Assembly: GCA_963727825.1 (NCBI GenBank)
Contig: CAVSHO010000009.1
Span: 704,001-768,000, forward strand
Direction of reading: 5' to 3'
Source of the DNA: Ignavibacteriota bacterium
Lineage (GTDB): Bacteria > Bacteroidota > Ignavibacteria > UBA10030
DNA: 64,000 bases
Shown: positions 18,369 through 28,570 of the stretch, piece after piece
Layout: each line of letters begins with the position of its first letter
Position numbering within the stretch: the first letter of the stretch is position 1
Notes under the pieces: model-generated
The model's input: the letters and a program-made list of their open reading frames with translations, nothing else
The model's database searches: none
Told to the model about the DNA's origin: nothing
Translations under genes and position numbers: made by a program

Positions 18369-19781
18369 TTAGATTCCTACCTTTGATGAAAGCTGCTCAT
18401 CGAGATTCATAACAATTTCTTCCATCTTCATTCCGCGCGATCCTTTGACAAGCACTATATCGCCATCAGCCAGTGTGTGCATTAAATATTCTGTGAGTGC
18501 AGATTTATTTTCAAAATGCGCCTTAGTTTCAACCGAAGCAGTGTCATTGATAAATTTTGAAAGCGGTCCGAATGTTAGAAGAATATCAACACCGCATCGT
18601 GCTGTATTCTTTCCAATTTGCCGGTGAAACTCTTCTGCTTGCTCGCCGAGTTCTAACATGTCGGCGAGAACCGCAATTTTCTTTCCCGTCGTTTTCATTG
18701 CTTGCAAAGTTGTCAATGCTGCAAGTGTGGAATCGGGGTTTGCATTGTACGTGTCATTTAAAACCGTTACCCGAGAAATGTGTTGCAGTTGCATTCGTTT
18801 GCTGGCAGACTGGAACGATGCAAGTGATTTCTGAATATCTGCCGGTGGCACATTCATCTTTAGACCTACCGAGGCAGCAGCAAGGGCGTTCTTTGCATTG
18901 TGTTCTCCGGGAATTCCTACAGTGATATCGAACGCCTTCTTGCCTTTCGGCTTTACATGCAGCAATGCTTGCGCATTGGTATTAAATGATTTAATTGTGC
19001 CTGTGATGGAAACTCTGCGGAAATAGAATCCAAAACTCACTATTTTTTTGTTTTTTTTGGATAAACGAACGAGATGCTTATCGTCTGCATTGACAAAGAT
19101 TATGCCGTGATGCTTTGCTATCCAAACGAACAATTCTCCTTCCGATTTGGCAACGCCTTCCAGCGAACCAAAGAATTCCAAATGTTCTCTGCCGATATTT
19201 GTCAGCAACCCATGCGTTGGTTCTAAAATAGAGCACAAGTAATCAATTTCACGGGGGTGATTCGTGCCGATCTCAACAATCGCAATCTCGTGTTTCTTTT
19301 CTAATAGGAAGAGTGTTTGCGGTACACCAATATGGTTATTTAGATTTCCCTCTGTGCAGAGTACGTTGTATTTAGTTCCAAGTACATCCCGGATCATTTC
19401 CTTTGTTGTTGTTTTGCCGTTTGATCCGCCTATGGCAATAACAGGAATGTCAAACTTACGGCGATACAGGTTGGCAAGTTTTCCTAGCGCCTGAATCGTG
19501 TTTTCGACAATAAGACGTGGAATATTTATGCTGACCATCATCGAAACGTTTACTTCTGCCCAGCGATGTTCAACAATGATGCAGACTGCGCCTGCTTCGA
19601 TTGCTTTAGAAATAAAGTTATGTCCATCAAACTGATCGCCACGAATAGCTACAAATAAATCGCCTGCTTTAACTGTGCGTGAATCTATGGAGATGCCTGT
19701 GACTTTTAAATTCTTCAACCCATCAAAACCTATCGCTTTGAAATGCGGTATTGCTAATATGTCGGACTTTATCAATTTCAT
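18369..19781 (-). CDS. murF: MurF D-Ala-D-Ala-adding ligase
   Basis: GSNGKTTTKE, NLNNHIGVP, DTYNANP, LVKGSRG. Confidence 0.99.
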   Translation of the reverse strand: MKLIKSDILAIPHFKAIGFDGLKNLKVTGISIDSRTVKAGDLFVAIRGDQFDGHNFISKAIEAGAVCIIVEHRWAEVNVSMMVSINIPRLIVENTIQALGKLANLYRRKFDIPVIAIGGSNGKTTTKEMIRDVLGTKYNVLCTEGNLNNHIGVPQTLFLLEKKHEIAIVEIGTNHPREIDYLCSILEPTHGLLTNIGREHLEFFGSLEGVAKSEGELFVWIAKHHGIIFVNADDKHLVRLSKKNKKIVSFGFYFRRVSITGTIKSFNTNAQALLHVKPKGKKAFDITVGIPGEHNAKNALAAASVGLKMNVPPADIQKSLASFQSASKRMQLQHISRVTVLNDTYNANPDSTLAALTTLQAMKTTGKKIAVLADMLELGEQAEEFHRQIGKNTARCGVDILLTFGPLSKFINDTASVETKAHFENKSALTEYLMHTLADGDIVLVKGSRGMKMEEIVMNLDEQLSSKVGI

Positions 19782-21277
19782 TATAGAAGATTTTCTACAA
19801 CTTCTCGGTCGCTAAAATGTGTTTTCTCTTTACCTATTATTTGATAATCTTCATGCCCTTTGCCTGCTATAAGGACAACATCACCGCGTTGTGCACACTT
19901 GATTGCACGTTCAATTGCTGTATGTCGATCTACTTCGCGCAAAACGTTTGCGTGGCGGGTAATACCCCGCATAATATCATTGATAATTGTCTCCGGCTCT
20001 TCTGTTCGCGGATTGTCAGATGTCACAATGACAATATCGCTATAGTCGCCTGCAATACGTCCCATTATTGGGCGTTTAGTTTTATCGCGATCACCGCCAG
20101 CACCAAATACTGTAATGATGCGCCCATGGTTTTCTTTTGGTAAAACATCGTGGATAGTTTTTAAACAATTTTCAAGCGCATCCGGGGTATGTGCGTAATC
20201 GACGATAGCCGTCCATCCGGCAGGAGAAGTTATACGTTCAAACCTGCCACGTACATTTTTTAAGTTCTTAATACCTGTAAGAATCTGTTCTTGCTGAAGC
20301 CCGAGCGCAAGACCTGTTGCGTAAGCTGCCAGAACATTATATACGTTAAATGTGCCAATGAGCGGAGTCGAAACCGTACATTCTTCTTGACCATTGCTGA
20401 CAATAAATGTTGTTCCATTTATACTGAGCTGGATTTCCTTTGCGAATATATTTGCAGTTGAGTTAATGCCGTATGAAATTTTTTTCGTATCAATGGAACC
20501 GAGAAGTTGAATTCCCCATTGATCATCATGATTGATAACTGCGTAACACGATGGTTTCAAGTGCGTAAATAATATTTTCTTCGCCTCAAAATAATTTTCC
20601 ATCGTAACGTGATAATCAAGATGATCCTGCGTTAAGTTGGTGAAGACGGCGACGTCGAAATCTAATCCATAAACACGGCGTTGATCCAGCGCATGCGATG
20701 ATACTTCCATTGAAACAGAGGTGCAATTGTTTTCTACCATTGATGCGAATAGTTCGTTTAACTCTAAGGATTCGGGCGTTGTGTGTGTTGCTGGAATGAT
20801 TTGCTCACCAATCTGGTATTCTATAGTTCCTACTAATCCAACCTTTTCTCCATCCGTTTCCAAAATCGCTTTAACCAAATGCGATGTGGTAGTTTTTCCA
20901 TTGGTCCCTGTAATGCCAACAAACTTTAATTTTTTCGATGGATGACTAAAAAAATTTGCAGACATTATAGCAAGTGCTTTGCGAGAATCCGGCACAACGA
21001 CCTTAATGACGCCTGCATGCATACACAATGGATCTGGTAGAACCCCATCATCTTGGAGCACGACAACCTTTGCGCCTTGATTAATAGCGCTTTGAATAAA
21101 TATATGTCCATCACTCGCCGTACCTTTGATTGCGACGAAGCAGTCACCCCTTTGAATTTTTCTCGAGTCGTACTGCACTTTGCCTATTTCAACCTCGTGT
21201 GTAACAACCATTTGGCCGTACATAGTCTGAAATAATTTGGAAACCGTTACATTTTCAAGAAGTTGAGAAAGACGCAT
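19781..21277 (-). CDS. murE: MurE ligase (meso-DAP type)
   Basis: GTNGKTT, MEVSSH, DYAHTPD, DNPR specificity motif, GKGHE. Confidence 0.99.
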   Translation of the reverse strand: MRLSQLLENVTVSKLFQTMYGQMVVTHEVEIGKVQYDSRKIQRGDCFVAIKGTASDGHIFIQSAINQGAKVVVLQDDGVLPDPLCMHAGVIKVVVPDSRKALAIMSANFFSHPSKKLKFVGITGTNGKTTTSHLVKAILETDGEKVGLVGTIEYQIGEQIIPATHTTPESLELNELFASMVENNCTSVSMEVSSHALDQRRVYGLDFDVAVFTNLTQDHLDYHVTMENYFEAKKILFTHLKPSCYAVINHDDQWGIQLLGSIDTKKISYGINSTANIFAKEIQLSINGTTFIVSNGQEECTVSTPLIGTFNVYNVLAAYATGLALGLQQEQILTGIKNLKNVRGRFERITSPAGWTAIVDYAHTPDALENCLKTIHDVLPKENHGRIITVFGAGGDRDKTKRPIMGRIAGDYSDIVIVTSDNPRTEEPETIINDIMRGITRHANVLREVDRHTAIERAIKCAQRGDVVLIAGKGHEDYQIIGKEKTHFSDREVVENLL

Positions 21278-21364
21278 TAGAAATCAAAAGCCTTTCGTTG
21301 GGATATAACATTTTCTAACTACTCATCGACAAGGAGTATAGCTCTTGTCAAGAAAATTACATTA

Positions 21365-23554
21365 TCAATACAGCGATGCCTGCATTACACTTCGTGGTGA
21401 ACATAGTAACACGATGCTTGAACCTGCTGTTGCACGTTCGCCCGCAGCTGGAATTTGCTGTGTCACAACACCAGATCCTTGCACCTTTATTTCAAATTCA
21501 TCTGAAACAAGCCGATTCATCGCACGTCGGATGCTCATACCTCGTACGTCCGGCACGGCAATCATTCCGTCAGACGAAACAACAGGTTCACCGTTGAGGA
21601 TGAGAGAGACAGCTTCACCTTTCTCGATTTTCTTTCCCGGTTCAGGTGTCTGTTTTATCACAATTGTTCCAATTCCAAATGTCTGGCAATTCAATTCGTA
21701 ACTTGAAAGCATTTTCTTTGCTAGCGACGGCTGCAGCATACGAACATCGGGGACGGAGACTGTACCATTTATCGTAGGTTCTTGTGCAATTGCAGTACGT
21801 GAAAATTTATATGATGTCGTAATCACTCGCTCAGCAATTGAATGAAAAACCGGCCCGCTTGTACTGCCGCCGTAATAACTTTTCGCTCTTGGGTTGTCCA
21901 TCATCACCAAGCATACAACTTGCGGATCTTCTACAGGGAAAAAGCCGACAAACGAGGCAGTATAGTTACTCTGCACATATTTGCCATTTAAATATTTTCT
22001 CGAGGTTCCAGTTTTACCGGCGATACGAACACCGTTAATGCGCGCCTCTTTTCCAGTGCCACGTTCGACAACTCCTTCAAACGCAGAGATTAATTCATCC
22101 TGAGTCCGCGTTGACATCACGCGTCTGATAGCTTGGGGTTTCTGCTCGGATATCATTTTTCCGTCGGCATTTTTGATTTTATCTATGACGTACGGTTTCA
22201 TCAATATTCCTTTATTTGCCACGGCTGCATAGGCACATGCAATCTGAAGAGGCGTTACTCCGATTTCATATCCATAGGACATAGTCTGCAGTGTCGTACC
22301 CGACCAATCGTGATCGCTTGGCTTCTTGAGCACGCCACGCACTTCGCCAGGAAGATCAATTCCTGTTGTCATACCAAAACCAAAATCGCGCGCTTGACGA
22401 TAAAGTTTTTCGCCGCCAATGAGTTTACCAACCTTTGCCAGTACAATATTGCTGGATAATTCAATGGCTTCCTGGAACGTGAGATTGCTATATTCATGCG
22501 AATCGCTAATCAGACGAAATTTATTTCCACCAAGGAAGACTTTCATTTTTCCGTGCTCGGCGTCGAAGAGCATTTCAGGAGTTACAAGATTATTTTCGTA
22601 CGCTGCCGTCGCCGTTACGACTTTAAACACCGAGCCCGGTTCAAATACATCGCTCACTACTCTGTTTCGTGCAACAGCTACATCGAATGTACCAGCATCA
22701 TTCGGATTTATGCACGGATAAATTGACAGTGCCAGTACCTCTCCTGTTTTGGGATTCAAAATGAGCGCACAACCGCCGTCGGCTCTATTTGCTTCAACGC
22801 CATGTTTTAATTCTTCATCAACGATGGCTTGATATGTTATATCAATTGTGAGATAAATATCTTTCCCGTTTATTGGTTCGCGGCGCGGATAATCCGCAGA
22901 AGGACGTACACGCCCTAAACCATCCCGCTGCATCACAACCGAACCGTTAACACCTTTCATCTCGTTGTCATATTGCAATTCGATTCCCGAAATGCCTTTA
23001 TTATCAACATTCGTAAATCCAAGCAATGCGCCGGCAAGTTCATCGTAATGATATAATCGCTTTGGTTCGTTTATCATTACGATGCCGTCTAGTTTTGCCA
23101 ACTCAACACGATGCGCAATTTCCGGTTTCACTCTGCGTTCAAGCCAGACAAATCGTTTATTGTTTTGATTTTGATCCGTATCACGTAATTTGTCTAAATA
23201 GAATGAGCGTGGTTTTCCGAAAATGCCTGCAAATGTTTCTGCCACATGCTCCTGATTGTCACCGATAATTTTGGGGTCAGCGGCAAAAGAAAGAAACATT
23301 GTGTTAGAAACAATTACATTACCGTTCCGATCGAAAATTTCTCCTCGCGTTGCAGGCAGAACAAATGAACGCTCATACTGCTTCCGTGCTAAGGTTTTAT
23401 ATATACTTGAATCGACTACTTGAATTTTTGCTAATCGAACAACAATTAGAGCAAAGAAAGCAAGGAAACACAATTTTAGGATAAGAAACTTTGACCGGGA
23501 AAGAGATGACAACTCTTTTTCTGAAACTATATTCTCTGTATCCCGATCTATCAT
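21365..23554 (-). CDS. ftsI: Divisome transpeptidase FtsI/PBP3 with two PASTA domains
   Basis: RGEIFDRNG, SxxK (GSVFK), SSN, KTG; two C-terminal VPDVR repeats. Confidence 0.96.
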   Translation of the reverse strand: MIDRDTENIVSEKELSSLSRSKFLILKLCFLAFFALIVVRLAKIQVVDSSIYKTLARKQYERSFVLPATRGEIFDRNGNVIVSNTMFLSFAADPKIIGDNQEHVAETFAGIFGKPRSFYLDKLRDTDQNQNNKRFVWLERRVKPEIAHRVELAKLDGIVMINEPKRLYHYDELAGALLGFTNVDNKGISGIELQYDNEMKGVNGSVVMQRDGLGRVRPSADYPRREPINGKDIYLTIDITYQAIVDEELKHGVEANRADGGCALILNPKTGEVLALSIYPCINPNDAGTFDVAVARNRVVSDVFEPGSVFKVVTATAAYENNLVTPEMLFDAEHGKMKVFLGGNKFRLISDSHEYSNLTFQEAIELSSNIVLAKVGKLIGGEKLYRQARDFGFGMTTGIDLPGEVRGVLKKPSDHDWSGTTLQTMSYGYEIGVTPLQIACAYAAVANKGILMKPYVIDKIKNADGKMISEQKPQAIRRVMSTRTQDELISAFEGVVERGTGKEARINGVRIAGKTGTSRKYLNGKYVQSNYTASFVGFFPVEDPQVVCLVMMDNPRAKSYYGGSTSGPVFHSIAERVITTSYKFSRTAIAQEPTINGTVSVPDVRMLQPSLAKKMLSSYELNCQTFGIGTIVIKQTPEPGKKIEKGEAVSLILNGEPVVSSDGMIAVPDVRGMSIRRAMNRLVSDEFEIKVQGSGVVTQQIPAAGERATAGSSIVLLCSPRSVMQASLY

Positions 23555-24078
23555 TGCTTGTGTTCCATTTGTTGTTGTATAACTTCTTCCACTTCGTTAA
23601 CTCTTTCAGGATCAATCTCAATCCACACTGGAAGCTGTCCGAGATTCCGCAATCCTAATTGGTCGTGTGCAATTTGTTGAATTCGTTCTAACCCAGATAG
23701 CCGGTTGATTTGTGCTTTTAGCAACTCTTGTTCATTCAATATTTGCTGATGCTTTGTTTGGAGTACATTAATTTGAACTATCAGATTCCCAACAGCCAAA
23801 ATATTGCCAATGTACAATACGCTTGCCACTGCACCGCCAAGAAGAAGCAATACAATAGTAAATGGAGAAACCCTTCGTTTCTTTTGCTTTTTATTGCGTG
23901 GTGCTTGCGGGGCATTGATTGGCAATGCTTCATCATTTAATGAACTAGTTGTTCCGTTGTAAACCATATCCCTTGCTTCACGTATCTTCGGGATAGAAAT
24001 TGGCGAAGTCGTCTGCTCGTACTTTGCCATCGCATTGGCTGCAAAAATTTCATTGATATTTTGTTTTTCATATTCCAC
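23551..24078 (-). CDS. ftsL: FtsL-like cell division protein
   Basis: Single TM then coiled coil ending RIQQIAHDQLGL; position between rsmH and ftsI. Confidence 0.8.
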   Translation of the reverse strand: MEYEKQNINEIFAANAMAKYEQTTSPISIPKIREARDMVYNGTTSSLNDEALPINAPQAPRNKKQKKRRVSPFTIVLLLLGGAVASVLYIGNILAVGNLIVQINVLQTKHQQILNEQELLKAQINRLSGLERIQQIAHDQLGLRNLGQLPVWIEIDPERVNEVEEVIQQQMEHKQ

Positions 24079-24092
24079 GAACAGTGTTTTTC

Positions 24093-25025
24093 TTATAATT
24101 TCTCTGCAGCCCGAAGCTTTGCACTTCGTGAACGACGGTTAATTTTCATTTCTTCTTTTGACGCCGTTACAGGTTTTCGTGTTAATATCTTCAGCACCGG
24201 CTGAAGCGGCTTATCTGGAATAATTTTATTTCCTGAAGGAATCGACTGCGCCGATGCTGCACGAAAAGCATATTTAACCAACCGATCTTCTAATGAATGA
24301 TAAGAGATGACAACGAGTCTTCCACTGGGCTTCAACAAATCAATACACTCATACAATGCTTGCCGAAGATTCTCTATTTCATTATTTACTTCAATACGAA
24401 TTGCTTGAAAAACTCGCGCTAATGTTTTATTCAGAAATTGTCCACCAACAGTTCGCTCGACAAGGGCCGCAAGCTGGCCAGTGGTATCGATTGATTGTTC
24501 AACGCGTCGTTGCACAATCGCTTTTGCAATTCGGCGTGAATGCTTTTCTTCGCCGTACATCCATAGAATATCTACTAATGCTTGTTCGTCGTAATGGTTA
24601 ATAATGTGCTTCGCATCCACTTGTTGATGACGATCCATACGCATATCAAGCAGTTCGTCCATTTGAAAACTAAATCCTTTTGTCGGTTCATCAATTTGAT
24701 ATGATGAAACACCAAGATCGAGCAATATGCCTTGAACTTGGTGTATACTATTTTGAGAAAGAACAGATTTAATATTTCTAAAATTTTCTCTTACAAAAAT
24801 AGCGCGTTCTCCAAAACGCGCCAGGCGTTCACGCGCGGCTTCCAATGCATCGTCGTCAAGATCAATACCGATCAGCTTGCCGGACGGCATCAGCTGTTCA
24901 AGTATTGCTTCTGCATGGCCGCCGCCGCCGAGCGTTCCATCAACATAAAACCCGTTCCTTGCGGTAAGAAGGTTGAATAGAACCTCCTGCAAAAGAACGG
25001 GAGTATGATACGTGTTTGCCTCCAA
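24093..25025 (-). CDS. rsmH: 16S rRNA m4C1402 methyltransferase
   Basis: HTPVLL, DGTLGGGGH, DLGVSS, SYHSLEDR, SRSAKLR. Confidence 0.99.
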   Translation of the reverse strand: MEANTYHTPVLLQEVLFNLLTARNGFYVDGTLGGGGHAEAILEQLMPSGKLIGIDLDDDALEAARERLARFGERAIFVRENFRNIKSVLSQNSIHQVQGILLDLGVSSYQIDEPTKGFSFQMDELLDMRMDRHQQVDAKHIINHYDEQALVDILWMYGEEKHSRRIAKAIVQRRVEQSIDTTGQLAALVERTVGGQFLNKTLARVFQAIRIEVNNEIENLRQALYECIDLLKPSGRLVVISYHSLEDRLVKYAFRAASAQSIPSGNKIIPDKPLQPVLKILTRKPVTASKEEMKINRRSRSAKLRAAEKL

Positions 25026-25039
25026 TGAAAGCCGATAAA

Positions 25040-25489
25040 TTATTGCTGCGGCTTAAATACTTGCTCGGCAACAGTTTCGTATGTGTCTGGATGATTTCTC
25101 TGATACTCTTCATACACCGCAGGGTTCCAGATCTCCACTCGATCTAGTACGCCAAGAATTAATACTTCGTTTTTAATCCCGGCAAATTCCATAAGCTCTG
25201 GAGGAATTGTGATACGCGATTGTCCGTCGATCTTTGAATCATTTGCTCGCTCAAATAATGTGCGTGCATAAAAACGATGTTGTGCATCTAAAAATGAAAG
25301 GCCTCGCACAAATTGTTCTAATTTATTCCACTCATCTTGCGGATAGACATATAGACAACGTTCAAAACCACGTGTTACGACGAAATTTCCTTTCGCACTT
25401 GTTGCAAGATTGCTTCGCAGCTTTGCTGGAAGTGCCACACGCCCTTTTTCATCTACTGAATAAGAATATCTACCCTTAAATGATGACAC
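25040..25489 (-). CDS. mraZ: MraZ transcriptional regulator
   Basis: Likely GTG start at 25489 after GAGGTAGG; DEKGR and DGQSR repeats, EIWN. Confidence 0.96.
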   Translation of the reverse strand: MSSFKGRYSYSVDEKGRVALPAKLRSNLATSAKGNFVVTRGFERCLYVYPQDEWNKLEQFVRGLSFLDAQHRFYARTLFERANDSKIDGQSRITIPPELMEFAGIKNEVLILGVLDRVEIWNPAVYEEYQRNHPDTYETVAEQVFKPQQ

Positions 25490-25532
25490 CCCTACCTCAT
25501 AATTTTCACAAATTTTCGCATAGAAAAACGGC

Positions 25533-25597
25533 TTCCCAATTTCCCCACTTTTCCCCACGTTGGAGATCAAATTTACTGAAATACCATTGAAAGTCAA
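25533..25597 (-). promoter_or_regulatory. dcw promoter with three MraZ boxes
   Basis: Minus strand GTGGGGAAAA GTGGGGAAAT TGGGAA with about 10-nt period (25533-25558), downstream of TTGACT-N16-TAAATT. Confidence 0.8.
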
Positions 25598-25906
25598 GCA
25601 AAAATTAGAGTTTTTTAATTGACACGGTCAGAAGTGCTTTTATGGTTTCCTTAACCAGCTGGCTACTTTACTTTTACTCAGGTTTGAACTTCTAGAACTT
25701 CGATAATAGTTAAGTAATATTCCTTTGCAAGATCGGATTTAATCGTTGAGCAAAGAGTTTCGTTACTCTTACTGGCATTGGAACATCAAGAATATTTACA
25801 GTTTCCAGAAAAAATGTATTTGAAAAAGTGTTCAACGAAAAAGCTTTGAATTTATCCTTTCATTTCAATAGCTTGAAATAATTGAATTGTCGGCGGAATT
25901 TAAACT

Positions 25907-27043
25907 ATGGACACAAACAGAAGAAATTTTTTAAAATCCACTGCCCTTGTAACCGGTGCCGCTATGATAACGAATAATCCGTATGAAGTTCTTGCCGAAA
26001 GTGTTCCTGACAGTTTCCGTTATGGAAAGATGAATTTGACATATCGTCCTTACACTTTAGAATTGAAACACGTTTTTACTATTGCAACCAATTCCCGTAC
26101 AACGACGCCAATAGTATTGACAGAGATTGAATTCAACGGCATTGTTGGTTATGGCGAAGCATCGATGCCGCCGTATCTTGGCGAGACACATGAAAGCGTG
26201 CTGGCATTTCTCTCCAAGGTTGATTTTAGCAAGTATGATAATCCATTTGACCTTGAAAATATACTGAACGACATCGACAACATTGCGCAAGGAAATCCGG
26301 CAGCAAAGGCATCGGTGGATATTGCTCTACACGACCTTGTCGGCAAGATAATGAGCCAACCGTGGTATAATATTTGGGGATATGATAAGAATAAAACGCC
26401 GTTTACTTCTTTTACTATCGGTATCGATACCCCGGAGGTGGTGCGGCAAAAAACAAGAGAAGCTGAAGAATTTAAAGTGTTAAAAGTAAAACTTGGCCGC
26501 GACACTGACAAAGAAATGATCGAGACCATTCGTTCTATCACAGATAAGCCGATCACTAGCGATGTGAATCAGGGGTGGACAAATAAGGAAAAAGCGCTTG
26601 AGATGCTTCACTGGCTAAAAGAGCACGATGTCGTAATGGTGGAACAACCGATGCCGAAGGAACGAATTGATGATTTAGCATGGCTGACAGAACGATCGCC
26701 GCTCCCAATTATTGGCGATGAAGGAGTACAGCGGCTTGTGGACGTGAAAAACGCCGTTGGTGTGTACCACGGTATTAACATTAAATTGATGAAGAGTACG
26801 GGAATGCGCGAGGCACAGAAAATGCTAACCCTTGCCCGTTCGCTGGGAATGAAAGTAATGCTTGGGTGTATGACAGAGACTTCTTGCGCTATTTCTGCCG
26901 CTTCACATCTCTCGCCGATGGTTGACTGGGCAGATCTCGACGGCGCATTGCTCATTAAAAACGATATCTTTGACGGCACAAAAATCATTAATGGAAAGGT
27001 GATGTTGATGGATCGGCCTGGTATTGGAGTTGTAAAAGTTTGA
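25907..27043 (+). CDS. L-Ala-D/L-Glu dipeptide epimerase (enolase superfamily) with Tat signal
   Basis: RRNFLK Tat motif; KVK, DVNQGW, EQP, DE, INIKLMK, DLDG. Confidence 0.9.
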   Translation: MDTNRRNFLKSTALVTGAAMITNNPYEVLAESVPDSFRYGKMNLTYRPYTLELKHVFTIATNSRTTTPIVLTEIEFNGIVGYGEASMPPYLGETHESVLAFLSKVDFSKYDNPFDLENILNDIDNIAQGNPAAKASVDIALHDLVGKIMSQPWYNIWGYDKNKTPFTSFTIGIDTPEVVRQKTREAEEFKVLKVKLGRDTDKEMIETIRSITDKPITSDVNQGWTNKEKALEMLHWLKEHDVVMVEQPMPKERIDDLAWLTERSPLPIIGDEGVQRLVDVKNAVGVYHGINIKLMKSTGMREAQKMLTLARSLGMKVMLGCMTETSCAISAASHLSPMVDWADLDGALLIKNDIFDGTKIINGKVMLMDRPGIGVVKV

Positions 27044-27064
27044 CGACGATCAACTTTGTCGAGG

Positions 27065-27664
27065 TTAGCTTAGGAGTGTATTTAATGAAGTGTTAAGTTT
27101 CTTCACACCCTCAAAACGAATTGCCTGCATACCAATTAAGCGCGCCCCTTCGACGTTCGATTCAAGATCATCAATTAAAAGTATTTCAGAAGGATAAATT
27201 TTTTGATCTTTGATAATGGCGTCATAGAATTCGTGCATTGGTTTCATAACATGCAATTTATAAGAGAGATAGTGTTTGTGAAGAATGCTGAGTGCGTCGA
27301 ACTTTTCCAAACTAATCTTATAGTGAATTTCATTTGTATTGCTAACCAATGCTGTTCGGTGTGTGCGAGACACACTTTTTACGACTTCTATCATTCCAAT
27401 AACAGGTTCCCGCATAATATTCGCAAATGCTTGCCCAAGTTGTTCGGTATAAAAAGGTTGCCCGAAAACAGATTGAAGCCCAGCCAAGTATTCACTCGTT
27501 GATACAAATCCAATTTCATATTGATGTGTCCACGATTTATATCCATCTGCAAACGGTGCAATTTCTTCTGGGCGCAGAAAGCCGAGTGAGCGCCAGAACT
27601 CGTTAAAATCAATAAATGCGAGCACGTTTCCAAGGTCAAATAACACCGTTTTTATTTGCCCCAT
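27065..27664 (-). CDS. HAD-family phosphatase (YihX-like)
   Basis: FDLGNV, SNTN, KP, IDDLESNVEGA. Confidence 0.9.
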   Translation of the reverse strand: MGQIKTVLFDLGNVLAFIDFNEFWRSLGFLRPEEIAPFADGYKSWTHQYEIGFVSTSEYLAGLQSVFGQPFYTEQLGQAFANIMREPVIGMIEVVKSVSRTHRTALVSNTNEIHYKISLEKFDALSILHKHYLSYKLHVMKPMHEFYDAIIKDQKIYPSEILLIDDLESNVEGARLIGMQAIRFEGVKKLNTSLNTLLS

Positions 27665-27818
27665 CAGCCATTCTCCTTTCTTCTTCTCACAATAAAAGAT
27701 CGTAAGAAGTTCTAAGATATAAAAACAGAATCTATGGGAACTTCATTTGTTTGTTACTTTGTTATAAATCGTGACAATAAATCATTCAAATTTAACATTC
27801 ATTGAAAAGGGATATTTC

Positions 27819-28382
27819 ATGATTAAGATTAACTCACCAGCACCCGATTTTACTGAAGATGCTTTTATAGACAATCAAATTAAAAAGACCTCACTTAAGG
27901 ATTATCGAGGCAAGTGGGTTATTCTATTTTTCTATCCAGCAGATTTTACTTTTGTGTGTCCAACAGAACTCGGAGAATTAGCTGATCACTATGACGAAAT
28001 CAAATCAGAGGGCGCGGAAGTAATTTCAGTAAGCGTAGATACTGGATTTGTGCATAAGGCCTGGCACGATACCTCTGATACGATCAAGAAAATTAAATAT
28101 CCCATGCTTGCCGATCCGGCAAGGCACGTTTCCTCCGCGTATGGTACACTCATTGAAGACGAAGGACTGTCGTTGCGAGGAACATTTATCATTGACCCGC
28201 AGGGTATTTTGAAGGCGTACGAAATTAACGACAACAGTATTGGTAGAAGTATTGATGAACTAATTCGCAAATTGCAGGCAGCAAAATTTGTTGCCGAGCA
28301 TAACGGCGAGGTCTGTCCAATGAATTGGAAACCGGGAGCAAAGACTCTTAGGCCGGGATTAGATTTGGTTGGAAAGATTTAG
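27819..28382 (+). CDS. ahpC: 2-Cys peroxiredoxin AhpC
   Basis: YPADFTFVCPTE and EVCP; likely ATG at 27819. Confidence 0.95.
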   Translation: MIKINSPAPDFTEDAFIDNQIKKTSLKDYRGKWVILFFYPADFTFVCPTELGELADHYDEIKSEGAEVISVSVDTGFVHKAWHDTSDTIKKIKYPMLADPARHVSSAYGTLIEDEGLSLRGTFIIDPQGILKAYEINDNSIGRSIDELIRKLQAAKFVAEHNGEVCPMNWKPGAKTLRPGLDLVGKI

Positions 28383-28570
28383 TTTGAGTAGATATAAAAT
28401 ATAATAGCATGGCAAAATGAAACAGTGCGCGTCTCTGGGAATGTAATTGTCGAAGGAGGCGTTTGTATTTATTAATCTTCATCGTTTAATTTATGATCGC
28501 ACATCAAGACCAGGCGATATGAAACACCCCCCCCCGACTACTATTGTTCTATTTAAGTGTCTTTTTATAT

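Noticed and set aside
28398-28535. Startless frame IIAWQNETVRVSGNVIVEGGVCIY and a poly-C run after ahpC
   Set aside because: Resembles a beta-helix protein fragment but is too short and has no start; the C-run is intergenic between converging genes.
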